Positions 29,973-39,719 of a stretch of DNA of 64,000 bases are shown piece by piece. Location: the NCBI GenBank assembly GCA_965197905.1, contig CBDAOB010000005.1, positions 1,952,001-2,016,000 on the forward strand, written 5' to 3'. Position 1 is the stretch's first letter; each line of letters opens with the position of its first letter. The position numbers and the translations under genes were made by a program. The DNA is from Candidatus Latescibacterota bacterium (GTDB lineage: Bacteria > Latescibacterota > UBA2968 > UBA8231). Below the pieces are notes generated by a model. The model did no database searches, was not told where the DNA came from, and saw nothing but the letters and a program-made list of their open reading frames with translations.

Positions 29973-30935
29973 CTAATCCATTTCGCCTCCGATCCCTGCC
30001 CCGACGAGGACGAGATTCTCGATTATGCTAAATGGGTCGAATGCAGGTATGTCGCCCCCCACCATCAGCACCGCGCCCAACGCGGGGGGCAGCAGTGGGT
30101 TACGCCGGTGGAGAGTGGCGCCGGTCGGACCGACGGGAGCGGCCAGACTGGGCCACAAGAGATCGATTTCGCGGAAGACTCCCCCAACACAGGTCAGTGG
30201 AACAGAACCGCTCATTCCCAGCGAGCGAATCACGGCGGCAACCTGGTTGCCGAGGGCAGCTCCGGCCTTTTCTACTATGTCCACCGCAACCGGGTCGCCT
30301 TCCTTGGCTGCGGCAAAAACGACGGGGCACAAGGCCGCAATCTCCTGCCGCGAAATCGCCCCCGTTTGAACGGCGGGTATGAGTTGCTCCCAGTCTTTGA
30401 GATTGACCGCGCCGAGTAGGGAGCGGCTCAACACGGTCGCCGGTCCGTTGCCGTCCAGCGTTCCCAACACCGCTCGAAGGGCGCCCAACGCAATATCATA
30501 TCCGCTGCCGTCGTCACCGAGAACCGGTCCCCATCCACCCGCCCTCGCTTCCCTGCCGCTGGCGTCGCGACCCAGGACGATCGAACCCGTGCCGGAAATA
30601 GCGATCAAGCCCGCTCCACCCCCATGAGCCCCCACAAGGGCGACCTGGGCGTCGGTTGCGACGATCGTGCTCTTGAAACCGAACCGTTCTCTAACCATCC
30701 CGAGGATACCTTCGCGTTCAGCCGCCCGTCCGGCTCCGGCTAGGCCCAAGCCCAGATAGTCCGCGGAGACTCCGAGCTTACCGATAATCTCGGCGATCAA
30801 GCTTGCAAGTCGCTCGAGACCGATGATTTGATAGTTGCCGCACCCCGCTCGAGCCGTTGCCCGGAGGTTTCCGTCACCGTCTACCGCAACAGCCCTTGTG
30901 TGGCTTCCACCTCCGTCAACGCCTAGCAGGATCAC
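29973..30935 (-). CDS. BadF/BcrAD-family N-acetylglucosamine/sugar kinase
   Basis: GVDGGGSHT, GLAG, ISGTGS and GGWGPVLGDDGSG; start taken at GTG 30935 after AGGAAGG. Confidence 0.88.
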   Translation of the reverse strand: MILLGVDGGGSHTRAVAVDGDGNLRATARAGCGNYQIIGLERLASLIAEIIGKLGVSADYLGLGLAGAGRAAEREGILGMVRERFGFKSTIVATDAQVALVGAHGGGAGLIAISGTGSIVLGRDASGREARAGGWGPVLGDDGSGYDIALGALRAVLGTLDGNGPATVLSRSLLGAVNLKDWEQLIPAVQTGAISRQEIAALCPVVFAAAKEGDPVAVDIVEKAGAALGNQVAAVIRSLGMSGSVPLTCVGGVFREIDLLWPSLAAPVGPTGATLHRRNPLLPPALGAVLMVGGDIPAFDPFSIIENLVLVGAGIGGEMD

Positions 30936-30966
30936 GTGTTGCCTTCCTGGCAAACCCTCCGAATTC

Positions 30967-30996
30967 TTGACATGATAGTCTAGGTGATTATATACT
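30967..30996 (+). promoter_or_regulatory. sigma70-type promoter of glnA
   Basis: TTGACA-N18-TATACT. Confidence 0.7.
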
Positions 30997-31079
30997 GACC
31001 CGTTGTTTTGCAAAGATAGCGACCAGACTCCATTCCGAATAATCGGTCCCTCTACATTTCTCCACGAAAGGAGTTCCAG

Positions 31080-32534
31080 ATGGCGAAATCCAAAGCCAAG
31101 GCAAAGTCGACCTCCTCCAGGGCAACGCCGCAGACGGTGCTGGCGATGGCGCGGCAGCAAGGCGCCCAGATGGTCGATTTTAAGTTTGTCGACTTTCCGG
31201 GAACGTGGCAACATTTCTCGATTCCCGCGAGCGAGCTGGAAGCGGACATGTTTAGCGACGGACTCGGATTCGACGGTTCCTCGATCCGCGGATGGAAATC
31301 GATTCACGAGAGTGACATGCTGGTAATGCCGGATCCGGCGACGGCGTTCATGGACCCGTTCACGGAGATGCCTACCCTCTCGCTGATCTGCGATATCGTC
31401 GATCCTATCACCCGCGAGGATTATGGCCGCGACCCACGTGCGGTAGCGCGGCGCGCGGAGACCTACATCAAATCCACCGGCGTAGCGGATACGGCTTTTT
31501 GCGGACCGGAAGCGGAATTCTTCGTCTTCGACGACGTGCGTTTCGACCAAAATTCACATGAAGGTTATTACCACGTCAACTCGGTCGAGGGCCGCTGGAA
31601 CAGCGGCGCTGAAGAAAACCCGAACCTCGGCTACAAACCGGATTACAAAGGGGGGTACTTCCCGGTTGCGCCCCACGATACCTTGCAAGACATGCGGTCC
31701 GAGATGGTCATGACGATGATGCAAGCCGGCGTCGAGGTCGAGGTGCACCACCACGAGGTGGGCACCGCCGGTCAGTGCGAGATCGACATTCGGTTCTGCC
31801 CGCTGGTCGTCTGTGGCGATCGCATGATGTTATATAAATATATCGTGAAGAACGTGGCCCGACGGCACAACAAAACGGCGACGTTCATGCCCAAACCGCT
31901 GTTCGAAGACAACGGCACCGGCATGCACACCCACCAGAGCTTGTGGAAGGGAGGGAAGCCGCTTTTCGCCGGATCGGGCTACGCCGGCTTGAGCGATATG
32001 GCGCTGCATTATATTGGTGGACTACTTCGTCACGCGCGCGCCGTCATCGCCTTCACCAACCCGACCACCAACTCCTACAAACGTCTGGTCCCCGGATATG
32101 AAGCTCCGGTGAATCTGGCATATTCGCAGCGCAATCGCTCGGCTGCCATTCGCATTCCGATGTATTCCTCCTCGCCCAAGGCCAAGCGAGTGGAGTTTCG
32201 CTGTCCCGATCCCAGCTGCAATCTGTATCTCGCTATGAGTGCCATGCTAATGGCCGGAATTGACGGCATCGAGAACCGTATCGATCCCGGCGATCCAATG
32301 GACAAGGACATCTATGATCTGCCGCCGGAAGAGCGGGCTTCCGTGCCACTCACACCCGGTTCGCTCGACGAAGCGCTGGAGGCGCTGGAGGAGGACCACG
32401 AGTTTCTGCTGAAAGGCGACGTCTTCACCGAGGATGTCATCGAAGCGTGGATAGACTACAAGCGGGAAACTGAAGTCGATGCGGTTCGCCTCAGACCTCA
32501 CCCCCACGAGTTCGAGCTCTACTTCGACATTTAG
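31080..32534 (+). CDS. glnA: Glutamine synthetase type I
   Basis: [31 protein letters not shown] and the adenylylation-type IYDLPPEE. Confidence 0.99.
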   Translation: MAKSKAKAKSTSSRATPQTVLAMARQQGAQMVDFKFVDFPGTWQHFSIPASELEADMFSDGLGFDGSSIRGWKSIHESDMLVMPDPATAFMDPFTEMPTLSLICDIVDPITREDYGRDPRAVARRAETYIKSTGVADTAFCGPEAEFFVFDDVRFDQNSHEGYYHVNSVEGRWNSGAEENPNLGYKPDYKGGYFPVAPHDTLQDMRSEMVMTMMQAGVEVEVHHHEVGTAGQCEIDIRFCPLVVCGDRMMLYKYIVKNVARRHNKTATFMPKPLFEDNGTGMHTHQSLWKGGKPLFAGSGYAGLSDMALHYIGGLLRHARAVIAFTNPTTNSYKRLVPGYEAPVNLAYSQRNRSAAIRIPMYSSSPKAKRVEFRCPDPSCNLYLAMSAMLMAGIDGIENRIDPGDPMDKDIYDLPPEERASVPLTPGSLDEALEALEEDHEFLLKGDVFTEDVIEAWIDYKRETEVDAVRLRPHPHEFELYFDI

Positions 32535-32581
32535 GGGGCGCCCACAAAAAATTCGTCGGGCGTAGAACTGGTTAGAACGGA

Positions 32582-32617
32582 AAACGGGGATGATACCTAC
32601 CGGTATCATCCCCGTTT
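32582..32617. terminator. Bidirectional terminator between glnA and flgM
   Basis: Perfect 16-bp inverted repeat AAACGGGGATGATACC-tacc-GGTATCATCCCCGTTT between convergent genes. Confidence 0.85.
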
Positions 32618-32638
32618 CTGTTTCTGGACAATCTTGGA

Positions 32639-33094
32639 TCAGGCCATTTCGTCGATCATGCGCTGCGCGGTATTCACCAGCGCCTCGCGCGTGTCGAAAG
32701 CCCCCGATTCTACTTTGCCTCGTGCGCTCGCAACAGCATCTTCGCGAAAGTCCGGCACTTCGGCCAGCTTCTCCAGCGCAACCCTGAACTGACCGATATC
32801 GTCGACCACGGTTCGGACGCCGCTGGACTCAAGCACCGAATCTGCAATTTTTTCACGCGCGTCGCGCGTGTCATAGAATCCTGAATCGATCCGTTCTCGA
32901 ATCTCCCTAAGGCGGGGATTGAACTCTTCTGGTGCCGTCTTTGCAAGCTGTGAAAGGCCTGATAGTTCGGATGCATCCCGCGAGATCTCTACGGAATCTG
33001 CAGGACGAGCGCCTTCCTTATTAGGCCGTGCAGCGGCACTTCGCTGATTTGCCTGGGAAACCTTGGGCTGCTCGGGCAACCCGTCAATGCGCAT
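32639..33094 (-). CDS. flgM: FlgM-like anti-sigma28 factor with duplicated C-terminal domain
   Basis: DSVEIS motif; two copies of R..(I/V).SG.(Y/F)D; has its own sigma28-type promoter. Confidence 0.75.
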   Translation of the reverse strand: MRIDGLPEQPKVSQANQRSAAARPNKEGARPADSVEISRDASELSGLSQLAKTAPEEFNPRLREIRERIDSGFYDTRDAREKIADSVLESSGVRTVVDDIGQFRVALEKLAEVPDFREDAVASARGKVESGAFDTREALVNTAQRMIDEMA

Positions 33095-33140
33095 CGAATA
33101 TCACCCCTGCTCTGTATGGTTTTTCCCGCTTCTACTCTTA

Positions 33141-33167
33141 CTATCGGCTGATTCAGTAGATACTTTA
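33141..33167 (-). promoter_or_regulatory. sigma28-type promoter of flgM
   Basis: TAAA-N15-GCCGATAG. Confidence 0.85.
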
Positions 33168-33249
33168 GCACCCAAATCTGAAAGGTTGTCTGAATTTCTC
33201 TGAATATAGCAAAAACGCGACATTTATTCAATTCCGCTAGAATCAGATA

Positions 33250-33666
33250 CTACCGTCGGCTGTCGAGAAATCGGGACTCTCGAACGCGCACATTCGTGTA
33301 CCCCTTGGCCGCCCGTCGCCCCTGCCCCAGCCTGCCGAGATCCCGTTTCGTGCGATCGAGCAGAATGTACAGTGCACGTTCGTTCAGGTTCCGAATCTCC
33401 TCCACCTTAATGATGATTTGCTTCACCGAGGCCTTGGAATCCAGTAACGCCCGGTCGCCTCTCTCGCCCTCCTTCAGATCTGGCATCTCGGCCTGTCGCA
33501 GCTCGATCTCGACCATGGCATGGTGCATACCCCGGAACGCCGATTCCAATCCGGGCAAGTCCTCGTTTTCGATAAAGGACTTCTGTTCCAAACCCAACTG
33601 CAACATATCGCCGTAGGCGATTCTCTGACGCTCAAGAAGGTCTAACGCTCTCTTCAATTCAGCCAT
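33250..33666 (-). CDS. FlgN/FliT-like flagellar export chaperone
   Basis: Helical protein with EQK..I...D...L and a C-terminal GY...FLD; lies directly after fliS. Confidence 0.6.
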   Translation of the reverse strand: MAELKRALDLLERQRIAYGDMLQLGLEQKSFIENEDLPGLESAFRGMHHAMVEIELRQAEMPDLKEGERGDRALLDSKASVKQIIIKVEEIRNLNERALYILLDRTKRDLGRLGQGRRAAKGYTNVRVRESRFLDSRR

Positions 33667-33670
33667 TTGC

Positions 33671-34102
33671 TCAGCCCGTAAACACTACTCCAGTCGCTGC
33701 CGAACTCGGTTCCGAGTCCTTGCCCTCGGTAGCGATGACGTTTTCCCAGGCCTCCAGCAGATTCTCCATTATGCCGATCACATCTTCGATGGGTTTCGGG
33801 TCCATCTTCACGTTCGCCTGGACCAGCTGGCGATAGGAGAAGAGGTAGAGACGCTGGAGGTTCCGAGCGAGGTCGTTGCCGCTGTCCAGCATCTCTTGGT
33901 CCAGGGCGTAGAGCAACTCCAGGATTATGTCCTGTGAGCGAATGAGGCAGTTCCCTTTACCCTCCATGTCCTTCTTTTCCATGAGCAGGAGCGCCTTTTT
34001 CATAAACTTGATGGCACCCTGGTAGAGCATGACAATCAGTTTGCCCTTGTTCGCCGTCTTGATCTGCACCTGGTTGTACTGCTTGTAGTTCGAGTTATTC
34101 AT
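33671..34102 (-). CDS. fliS: Flagellin chaperone FliS
   Basis: KLIVMLYQGAI, DIILEL..LD, LARNL..LY and LLEAW. Confidence 0.95.
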   Translation of the reverse strand: MNNSNYKQYNQVQIKTANKGKLIVMLYQGAIKFMKKALLLMEKKDMEGKGNCLIRSQDIILELLYALDQEMLDSGNDLARNLQRLYLFSYRQLVQANVKMDPKPIEDVIGIMENLLEAWENVIATEGKDSEPSSAATGVVFTG

Positions 34103-34127
34103 TTGTCCTCAGGCTGTGTTCCTGTCC

Positions 34128-37100
34128 TTATCTAGTAAACGCGGCCAACTGGCTGGAAAGAAAATCGCCTTGCGATTGGAGGGTAGCAAGACTGCCTTCC
34201 AGAGCGGCGAATTTGTTGACAAGCCCGAGTCGGGTCTGCTCTATACGTCGATTCATGGAAGCGATCTGGTCGTCTAGATCGTCGATGGTGTCTTCGATCG
34301 CATCCCGACGGCTCTTCAGCGAGCCGTCGAATTCGTCGGTGATGAATCCCAGCGCGTCGCTCAACAAACGCCCGATGCCGTAGACCAGTTGCACATCCCC
34401 GAGACTTCCCCCTGACGCGGCTAGCTCGTCGGCGCTGAGGTCGACGCGCAAAGACAGACCTTCCACATTTTCGGAATTGAGTTTCCCCGTCAGAATGCGG
34501 CCGAAACCATCGGTCTCCTCACCATTGATGGTGCCTTGCACATCGGTGCCCGCCACTTCGGTCTGGGCCAAACCCAGTTCGGTGATCGCGTTGCCGATAC
34601 TGAACCCGTTTCTTTCCCCGGGGGAATTGTGATCGAAGGCCAAACGGCCGCCGCTGTTCGAAGCGGTGATATCGATGGCAAATCTACCCTCGTCCTCGAC
34701 GTCGATGCTGCCGAAGTTCAGATTGCCGCCCCCTTCGTTCTCTTCGATCAACGTTACCGTCAACCGACTAGGTCCGACTTGATTATCGGTGACCACGATG
34801 CGCCCGTTGGAATCGACGGACGTACTTAAGTTTCCGTTGAAGGTGTTGCGCACGGAGGTCAAGAGATCGGCCACCGTACTGTTCGCCGTATCTCCAATAG
34901 TAAATATATTGGTTACACTGTTGCCATCGTGTGTAGTACCGTTGATGCGTATGGTGTCACCGGTCGTCACATCGGCGCCGAAGATGTCCGCAAGGGCCGT
35001 ACCCCCGGTCACAGCGGTAGTGCCGTTCGTCGTGTTGGCTATGCTCGCCCGGCGGACCTCGGCCACATCGCTGTTGAGAGTGGTGTTTATCTTCGACACT
35101 ACCTGATCGAGCGACTCGCCGGCTTTCAGCTCGATGATCGCCGGGCTGTCCGTAGCTTTGTCCGTCACGGTCAAGGTGTGGTCTTCCGACAGACTTCCCA
35201 GAAGCTCCTGATCGCTTATCAGTGAAGCTTTGCTGGCCGCCTGGGTTACCGAAACGGCGTAGCTTCCCTGATTCGTGTTTCTGTTTGACGATATGAACTC
35301 GAGGCTGCTGTTCGTCGTGGAACCCTGCGCCACGAACAATCTGCGCACATTCTCGAGGTTCTCGTTCAGGGCCTCGGTCAGACGCTCGTCCTCGATGTTT
35401 AGGCGGCCGCTGCGGTCGAAGGTGATGCCGATGAGCACGAGGGCGTTGAATCCTTCATCTAGACCGGGAATCTGCGTAGTTACGATCGATCTCAACCTCG
35501 ACTGCAACGCTATGATAGTGGAATCTCCCGCCAACGGTCCACCCCGCTGCGTCGCTTCGTCGACGGCGAACTGCTGATCGATCAGGTCCATCGCCGAATT
35601 GAAGTCGGAGACGAACTGAGTGATGTTTTCCCGCAGCTCGGTGGTATCGTCTTTGGTGACATTAATCTCGACGCTGCTGCCGACCTCTGCCTCTTTCAGG
35701 TCGAGGGTGATGCCCTGCACTGCGTCTGTGACGGTGTTGGTAGCGCGACTCAAGGTTATGCCGTTGATGCTGAACGAAGAGTCTTGACCCGATTGCAGTA
35801 CCGACGATTTCGCTTCGATGCCCTGCGTGGTCACTGACAGCTCGCCCAGGCTCAGGCTTCCGCCCCCCTCGTTGTTGGCCTGCAGAGACAAGCTGATGGA
35901 ACTGGACCCTGCCTCGTCATCCGCAAGGACGATACGGCCGGAAGCGTCGACAGAGGCGGTGACGGCGTTGCCGAACGTCTGCTCGATCGAGTTCAGGAGG
36001 TTACTGACCTTGAGGTTGGCACTGGAGATTGTGAAGCTTCCGCTAACCTGGTCTCCGTCGTGATCGACCCCGGAGATGGATATCGTGTCCCCGGCTTGCA
36101 CGCCGGCATCGAGGATGTCCGCTAGTCGCGTGTCTGCGGTGAGCGTCGTGGGCGCCGCCAAGACACCCAGCTCCTCCAACACCCCACCGTCGTCAGAGAA
36201 TTCCGTCGTGCCGTCGATTTGCAGTTCGAACTCGGTTGGTCCGATCGCGTTTATGGATGCGGTGACACCTGTGGGTGCCGCCGCGTTGATGTTGTCGCGA
36301 ATAGCGGCCAGGGTGTCCGTCGTGAAATCGATGGCAACCGTCTGATCGCCAATGGTGACCGTGCCGGCGGCAGAGGATCCCAACAAGGTTTCGATCGTGT
36401 CTGCATCGCTACTCTGTAGATCGCTTTTCGCGCCATTGGTTATTGCGTTCTTGACGGCACCCTTGGCGAGATTGGTTCCGTTAGAGGTCAGGACCCGTGC
36501 AACGCTCTCGAAAGCGCTGTTGGAGCCGATGACAATGCCGGCGGTTTCGAGCACGTTGTTGTCGTCGATGAAGTCGCTGGTACCGTCCACTCTCAGCGCA
36601 AAGAGGGAGTTGTCATCCTCGTCAGTGCTGCTGACAATCGAAGTGGTCACCCCGGTAAGTCCGGCTGCGTCGATCTTGGCCTGAATGTCAGCCAGGGAAT
36701 CTTCCGCCAGGTCGATATCTACGTTCTGTCCGCCCACGACCACGGTTCCAGACTGCGCTCCGCTCAGACCCAGCAGGGATCCTATCGACGTGGTAGTGCT
36801 GCGGAACTGGTCGGTCTCAACGCCGGATGTAATGCCGTCGGCGGTGTCCCCATCGGTATCCAGAATACCCATGCTGGTGAGGACACCGCTCCCGTCAGCG
36901 AAGGTGATAGTGCCGGAAATCTCCAGCTGAAAGCGATCGAGCCCGCCCTGATTGCTGGTGACCACGTCGGCTGTTACGCCGGTAGGAGCTGCTGTGTTGA
37001 TCTTGTCGCGGACATCAGCCAGGGTATCAACGGCCAGATCGATCGCGATCTCCTGATCCCCAATGGTGACCGTGCTGGACGGGGGCGAACTGAGATTCAG

Positions 37101-37607
37101 CAGGCTCCCCAGCGATTCATCTTCGGCGAGGAATTGGGCGCTGCGAGCGCCGTTTACAAAAGCATTTTTGATGGAAACGTCACTGGAGGTGAACCCAAGC
37201 CCCTGCCCAATGAGGCAGCTGCCGGCACCTTCAACGTCGAGGTGCTCGAGCTGGCCCAGGCGCAGTCGATTTCCTCCCGTTCCTTTTCAAATCTTACAGA
37301 TGCGCTGAATCTCAACGGCGAAATCGTCATCAACGGCAACGGCGTTGAGATCGACAACCTTGGCGGTATCGGAGGAGCGGGCACTGACGATCGAAAACAG
37401 GTCGTCGTCCTCCAGCTTCTCTACCGAACCCTTGAGGTTGAGAAGATTGGAGTTGATCGCTTGAATCAAGCCCCGCTGCTGCTCCAGGCGGACTTGCCGC
37501 TGTTGGATCAGGACTACGGGCCGCCGTTCAATATCGACCAGCTGGCTTATGATGAGATCCGTATCGAGACCGGATCCGAGGCCAGAAAAGGACACTCCTT
37601 GGGACAT
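34128..37607 (-). pseudogene. fliD: Giant filament cap FliD interrupted by an internal inversion
   Basis: The N-terminus (SGLGSGLDT..IISQL..IER) and the C-terminal FliD part (GQDS.F.ING, VQGITLDL, KFAALE) are in the same frame. One TGA at 37287-37289 lies inside a segment that encodes FliD sequence on the opposite strand. Confidence 0.88.
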
Positions 37608-37666
37608 AAAGCGCTATCCTTCAGACCACAATGTAATAGTGAAGACGAAGCCTGAGAGTTGCTCTC

Positions 37667-38014
37667 TTAGGCTTCGTCGTTCACTAACAATCCGATAATC
37701 TTTTGCACACTCACACTGGCATCCAGGACCTGCTGCGGGGGAATCTGTTTGACGACCTCCCCAGCCGAATCTTTGATACGCAGGAGCAGCATTCCGGTCG
37801 CGTCATCTACCGAGACCGAATAGTCACCATCGAACCGGCTGAGGGCTTCGTTCAGTTCCTCGGCCAGCACTTCCACATCCTTTGCTGACAGTTCCGCGGG
37901 CTTTTGCTGTTCTACTTTTCTCTCAGCTTCAGCCTGCCCGGTTCCCTGTCGGGATTTCGCGCTCTCCTGGAGAGCCAAGTGCGATAAATTTTGGGAACCA
38001 ATTCCTTCAATCAT
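37667..38014 (-). CDS. flaG: FlaG-family protein
   Basis: VDDATG, GEVVKQIPPQQVL and GLLVNDEA; lies between flagellin and fliD. Confidence 0.9.
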   Translation of the reverse strand: MIEGIGSQNLSHLALQESAKSRQGTGQAEAERKVEQQKPAELSAKDVEVLAEELNEALSRFDGDYSVSVDDATGMLLLRIKDSAGEVVKQIPPQQVLDASVSVQKIIGLLVNDEA

Positions 38015-38100
38015 TTTTGATCACCTCTCCGAGAGAGATGCTTTCCATTCTCAGTTTACCGTGTCATCGCTCCTCGCGGTAGAATTCCCGTAATTGAGCC

Positions 38101-38160
38101 GTGGACGACGGCGCGTTTCAACCCGGTAACTACCGAACCTGAAATCCACGCCATCTCCAC
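38101..38160 (-). other. Long RNA hairpin between flagellin 3 and flaG
   Basis: Roughly 27-bp interrupted stem whose G-U pairs form only on the minus-strand transcript. Confidence 0.6.
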
Positions 38161-38186
38161 TTTACTAGCTCCTTTTACCGGGTCTC

Positions 38187-39383
38187 TTACTGCAGCAGCG
38201 CAAGCGCGTTCTGCGGCAGTACATTTGCCTGTGCCAGCATGGCCGTGGCCGCCTGCGACAGGATCTGTGCCCGCGTAAAGGACGTTACTTCGGCAGCGAT
38301 GTCGGCATCGCTGATCGATGCTTCCGAGGCCTGGATGTTCTCGATCTCGTTTTCGGTATACGAGATGGAGAAGGCCAGGCGGTTCTGAAACGCGCCCACG
38401 TCACCGCGTTGCTGTGCAACCGCGGTAATCGCCTGATCGAGCGCCGTAATCGCGGTGCGCGAGTCGCCTATCGTGGCAACAGTAGCGGTGGTCAGGTTCA
38501 GATTTACGCCGGTGGCCGACATGTCGAGGATGTTCACCTCGATGCGATTGAACGCTTTGTCGGTCGGTCCAACCTGAAATGAGCCGCCGGTGCCCGTATT
38601 GATGACGATGGTCTGTGCCTCGAGCGCGCCGTCGGCGTAGGAACCCGTCGCAGTGCTGACATTGCGGCCGGCCAACGTAACCTGAATCCCGAGGCGGTCG
38701 AAGTTCGCTACGATCTGAGTACCCGTGGCGACAAAATTGCCGTCCAACAGGGTGCCCACGCGAATCGTCTGCGAGACTATGCCGTTACCCAGGGTGATCT
38801 CGCTGTCATCGGTCGTGGTGCCGGTGCCCTGGGCGTTGGCAGCCCCGTTGTCCTGGAACGTATAGGTTCCCGAAGCGGCACCCGAGATCTTGGTATCGGT
38901 GACTCCGCTGGTATTGCTGGCCGTCACGGTCGTCGACGTGCTTGAGTCAACTATGTTCCCGTATCCCTGCAACAATGTCTGATTGTTGTAGGTCGTAGCG
39001 CTCGCTATACGGTCGATCTCCTGCGACAGCTGTGTGAATTCAGCCTGAATCGATTCACGATTCCCGTCGTTGACGGTACTCGAAGACGATTGCACCGACA
39101 GCTCCCGCATCCGAATGAGGATGGCATTGACCTCGTTCAGGGAGCCTTCGGCCACCTGCAACAGATTTGAAGCCTGCTCGGCGTTGAGCACATTCATCTT
39201 GAGACCTGAGATCTCGGCTCGCATTCCTTCACGGACCGACAAGCCTGCGGCGTCGTCGGCTGCCCGGTTTACCCGCAACCCGGAAGCTAATCGTTCCAGT
39301 CTAATTCCCAGCGTGCGGTTGTTCTCGTTTAAGTGCCGCCTCGAATTGATGGCGGCTATGTTGTTGTTAACACGGAGTGGCAT
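38187..39383 (-). CDS. fliC: Flagellin paralogue 3 (likely the major one; upstream of flaG-fliD)
   Basis: ERLASGLRVNRAADDAAGL, GAFQNRL and AMLAQANVLPQNALALLQ. Confidence 0.97.
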   Translation of the reverse strand: MPLRVNNNIAAINSRRHLNENNRTLGIRLERLASGLRVNRAADDAAGLSVREGMRAEISGLKMNVLNAEQASNLLQVAEGSLNEVNAILIRMRELSVQSSSSTVNDGNRESIQAEFTQLSQEIDRIASATTYNNQTLLQGYGNIVDSSTSTTVTASNTSGVTDTKISGAASGTYTFQDNGAANAQGTGTTTDDSEITLGNGIVSQTIRVGTLLDGNFVATGTQIVANFDRLGIQVTLAGRNVSTATGSYADGALEAQTIVINTGTGGSFQVGPTDKAFNRIEVNILDMSATGVNLNLTTATVATIGDSRTAITALDQAITAVAQQRGDVGAFQNRLAFSISYTENEIENIQASEASISDADIAAEVTSFTRAQILSQAATAMLAQANVLPQNALALLQ

Positions 39384-39568
39384 CTAATCGAACCTCCTTG
39401 TTTGTCGAATACTTAAATGGCATCCCTGCCAATTATGTATGCCCTGTTCCCCAACAGGTCATGCATTTACCCGATCGATCTAAAAAAGTGTTTAAACTAG
39501 AGACGTTGTTTCAAACCTCCTTCTCAACGAAACTGATGCTGCCTAGACTTTGGCCATCTTGTAATAAC

Positions 39569-39596
39569 TTATCGGCAATCCACGTCGTAATCTTTA
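39569..39596 (-). promoter_or_regulatory. sigma28-type promoter of flagellin 3
   Basis: TAAA-N16-GCCGATAA. Confidence 0.85.
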
Positions 39597-39719
39597 GTAC
39601 TTTTCTGCTTTTGCTCGCAAACGAGCCAAGGCCCTGACCGAAGGCCAGGACCTGCTCGTGTGGTTGTTTCTTTATTATCGTCACCTACTAGGCAGATCTT
39701 AAGCTGCCAAATGCCCTTT

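Noticed and set aside
29962..29976. TTAGCGC-A-GCGCTAA as a CIRCE element
   Set aside because: Lacks the CACTC/GAGTG core and the 9-nt spacer.
30954..31550. N-terminal extension of the 525-aa minus-strand ORF
   Set aside because: Overlaps glnA antisense and its promoter; kinase homology starts only near 30935.
37287..37289. In-frame TGA in fliD as selenocysteine or readthrough
   Set aside because: It lies in the inverted segment, where the minus-strand translation is not FliD-like.
37134..37655. 173-aa plus-strand ORF as a separate gene
   Set aside because: Only its middle is meaningful, and that is the inverted piece of fliD; the rest is antisense.
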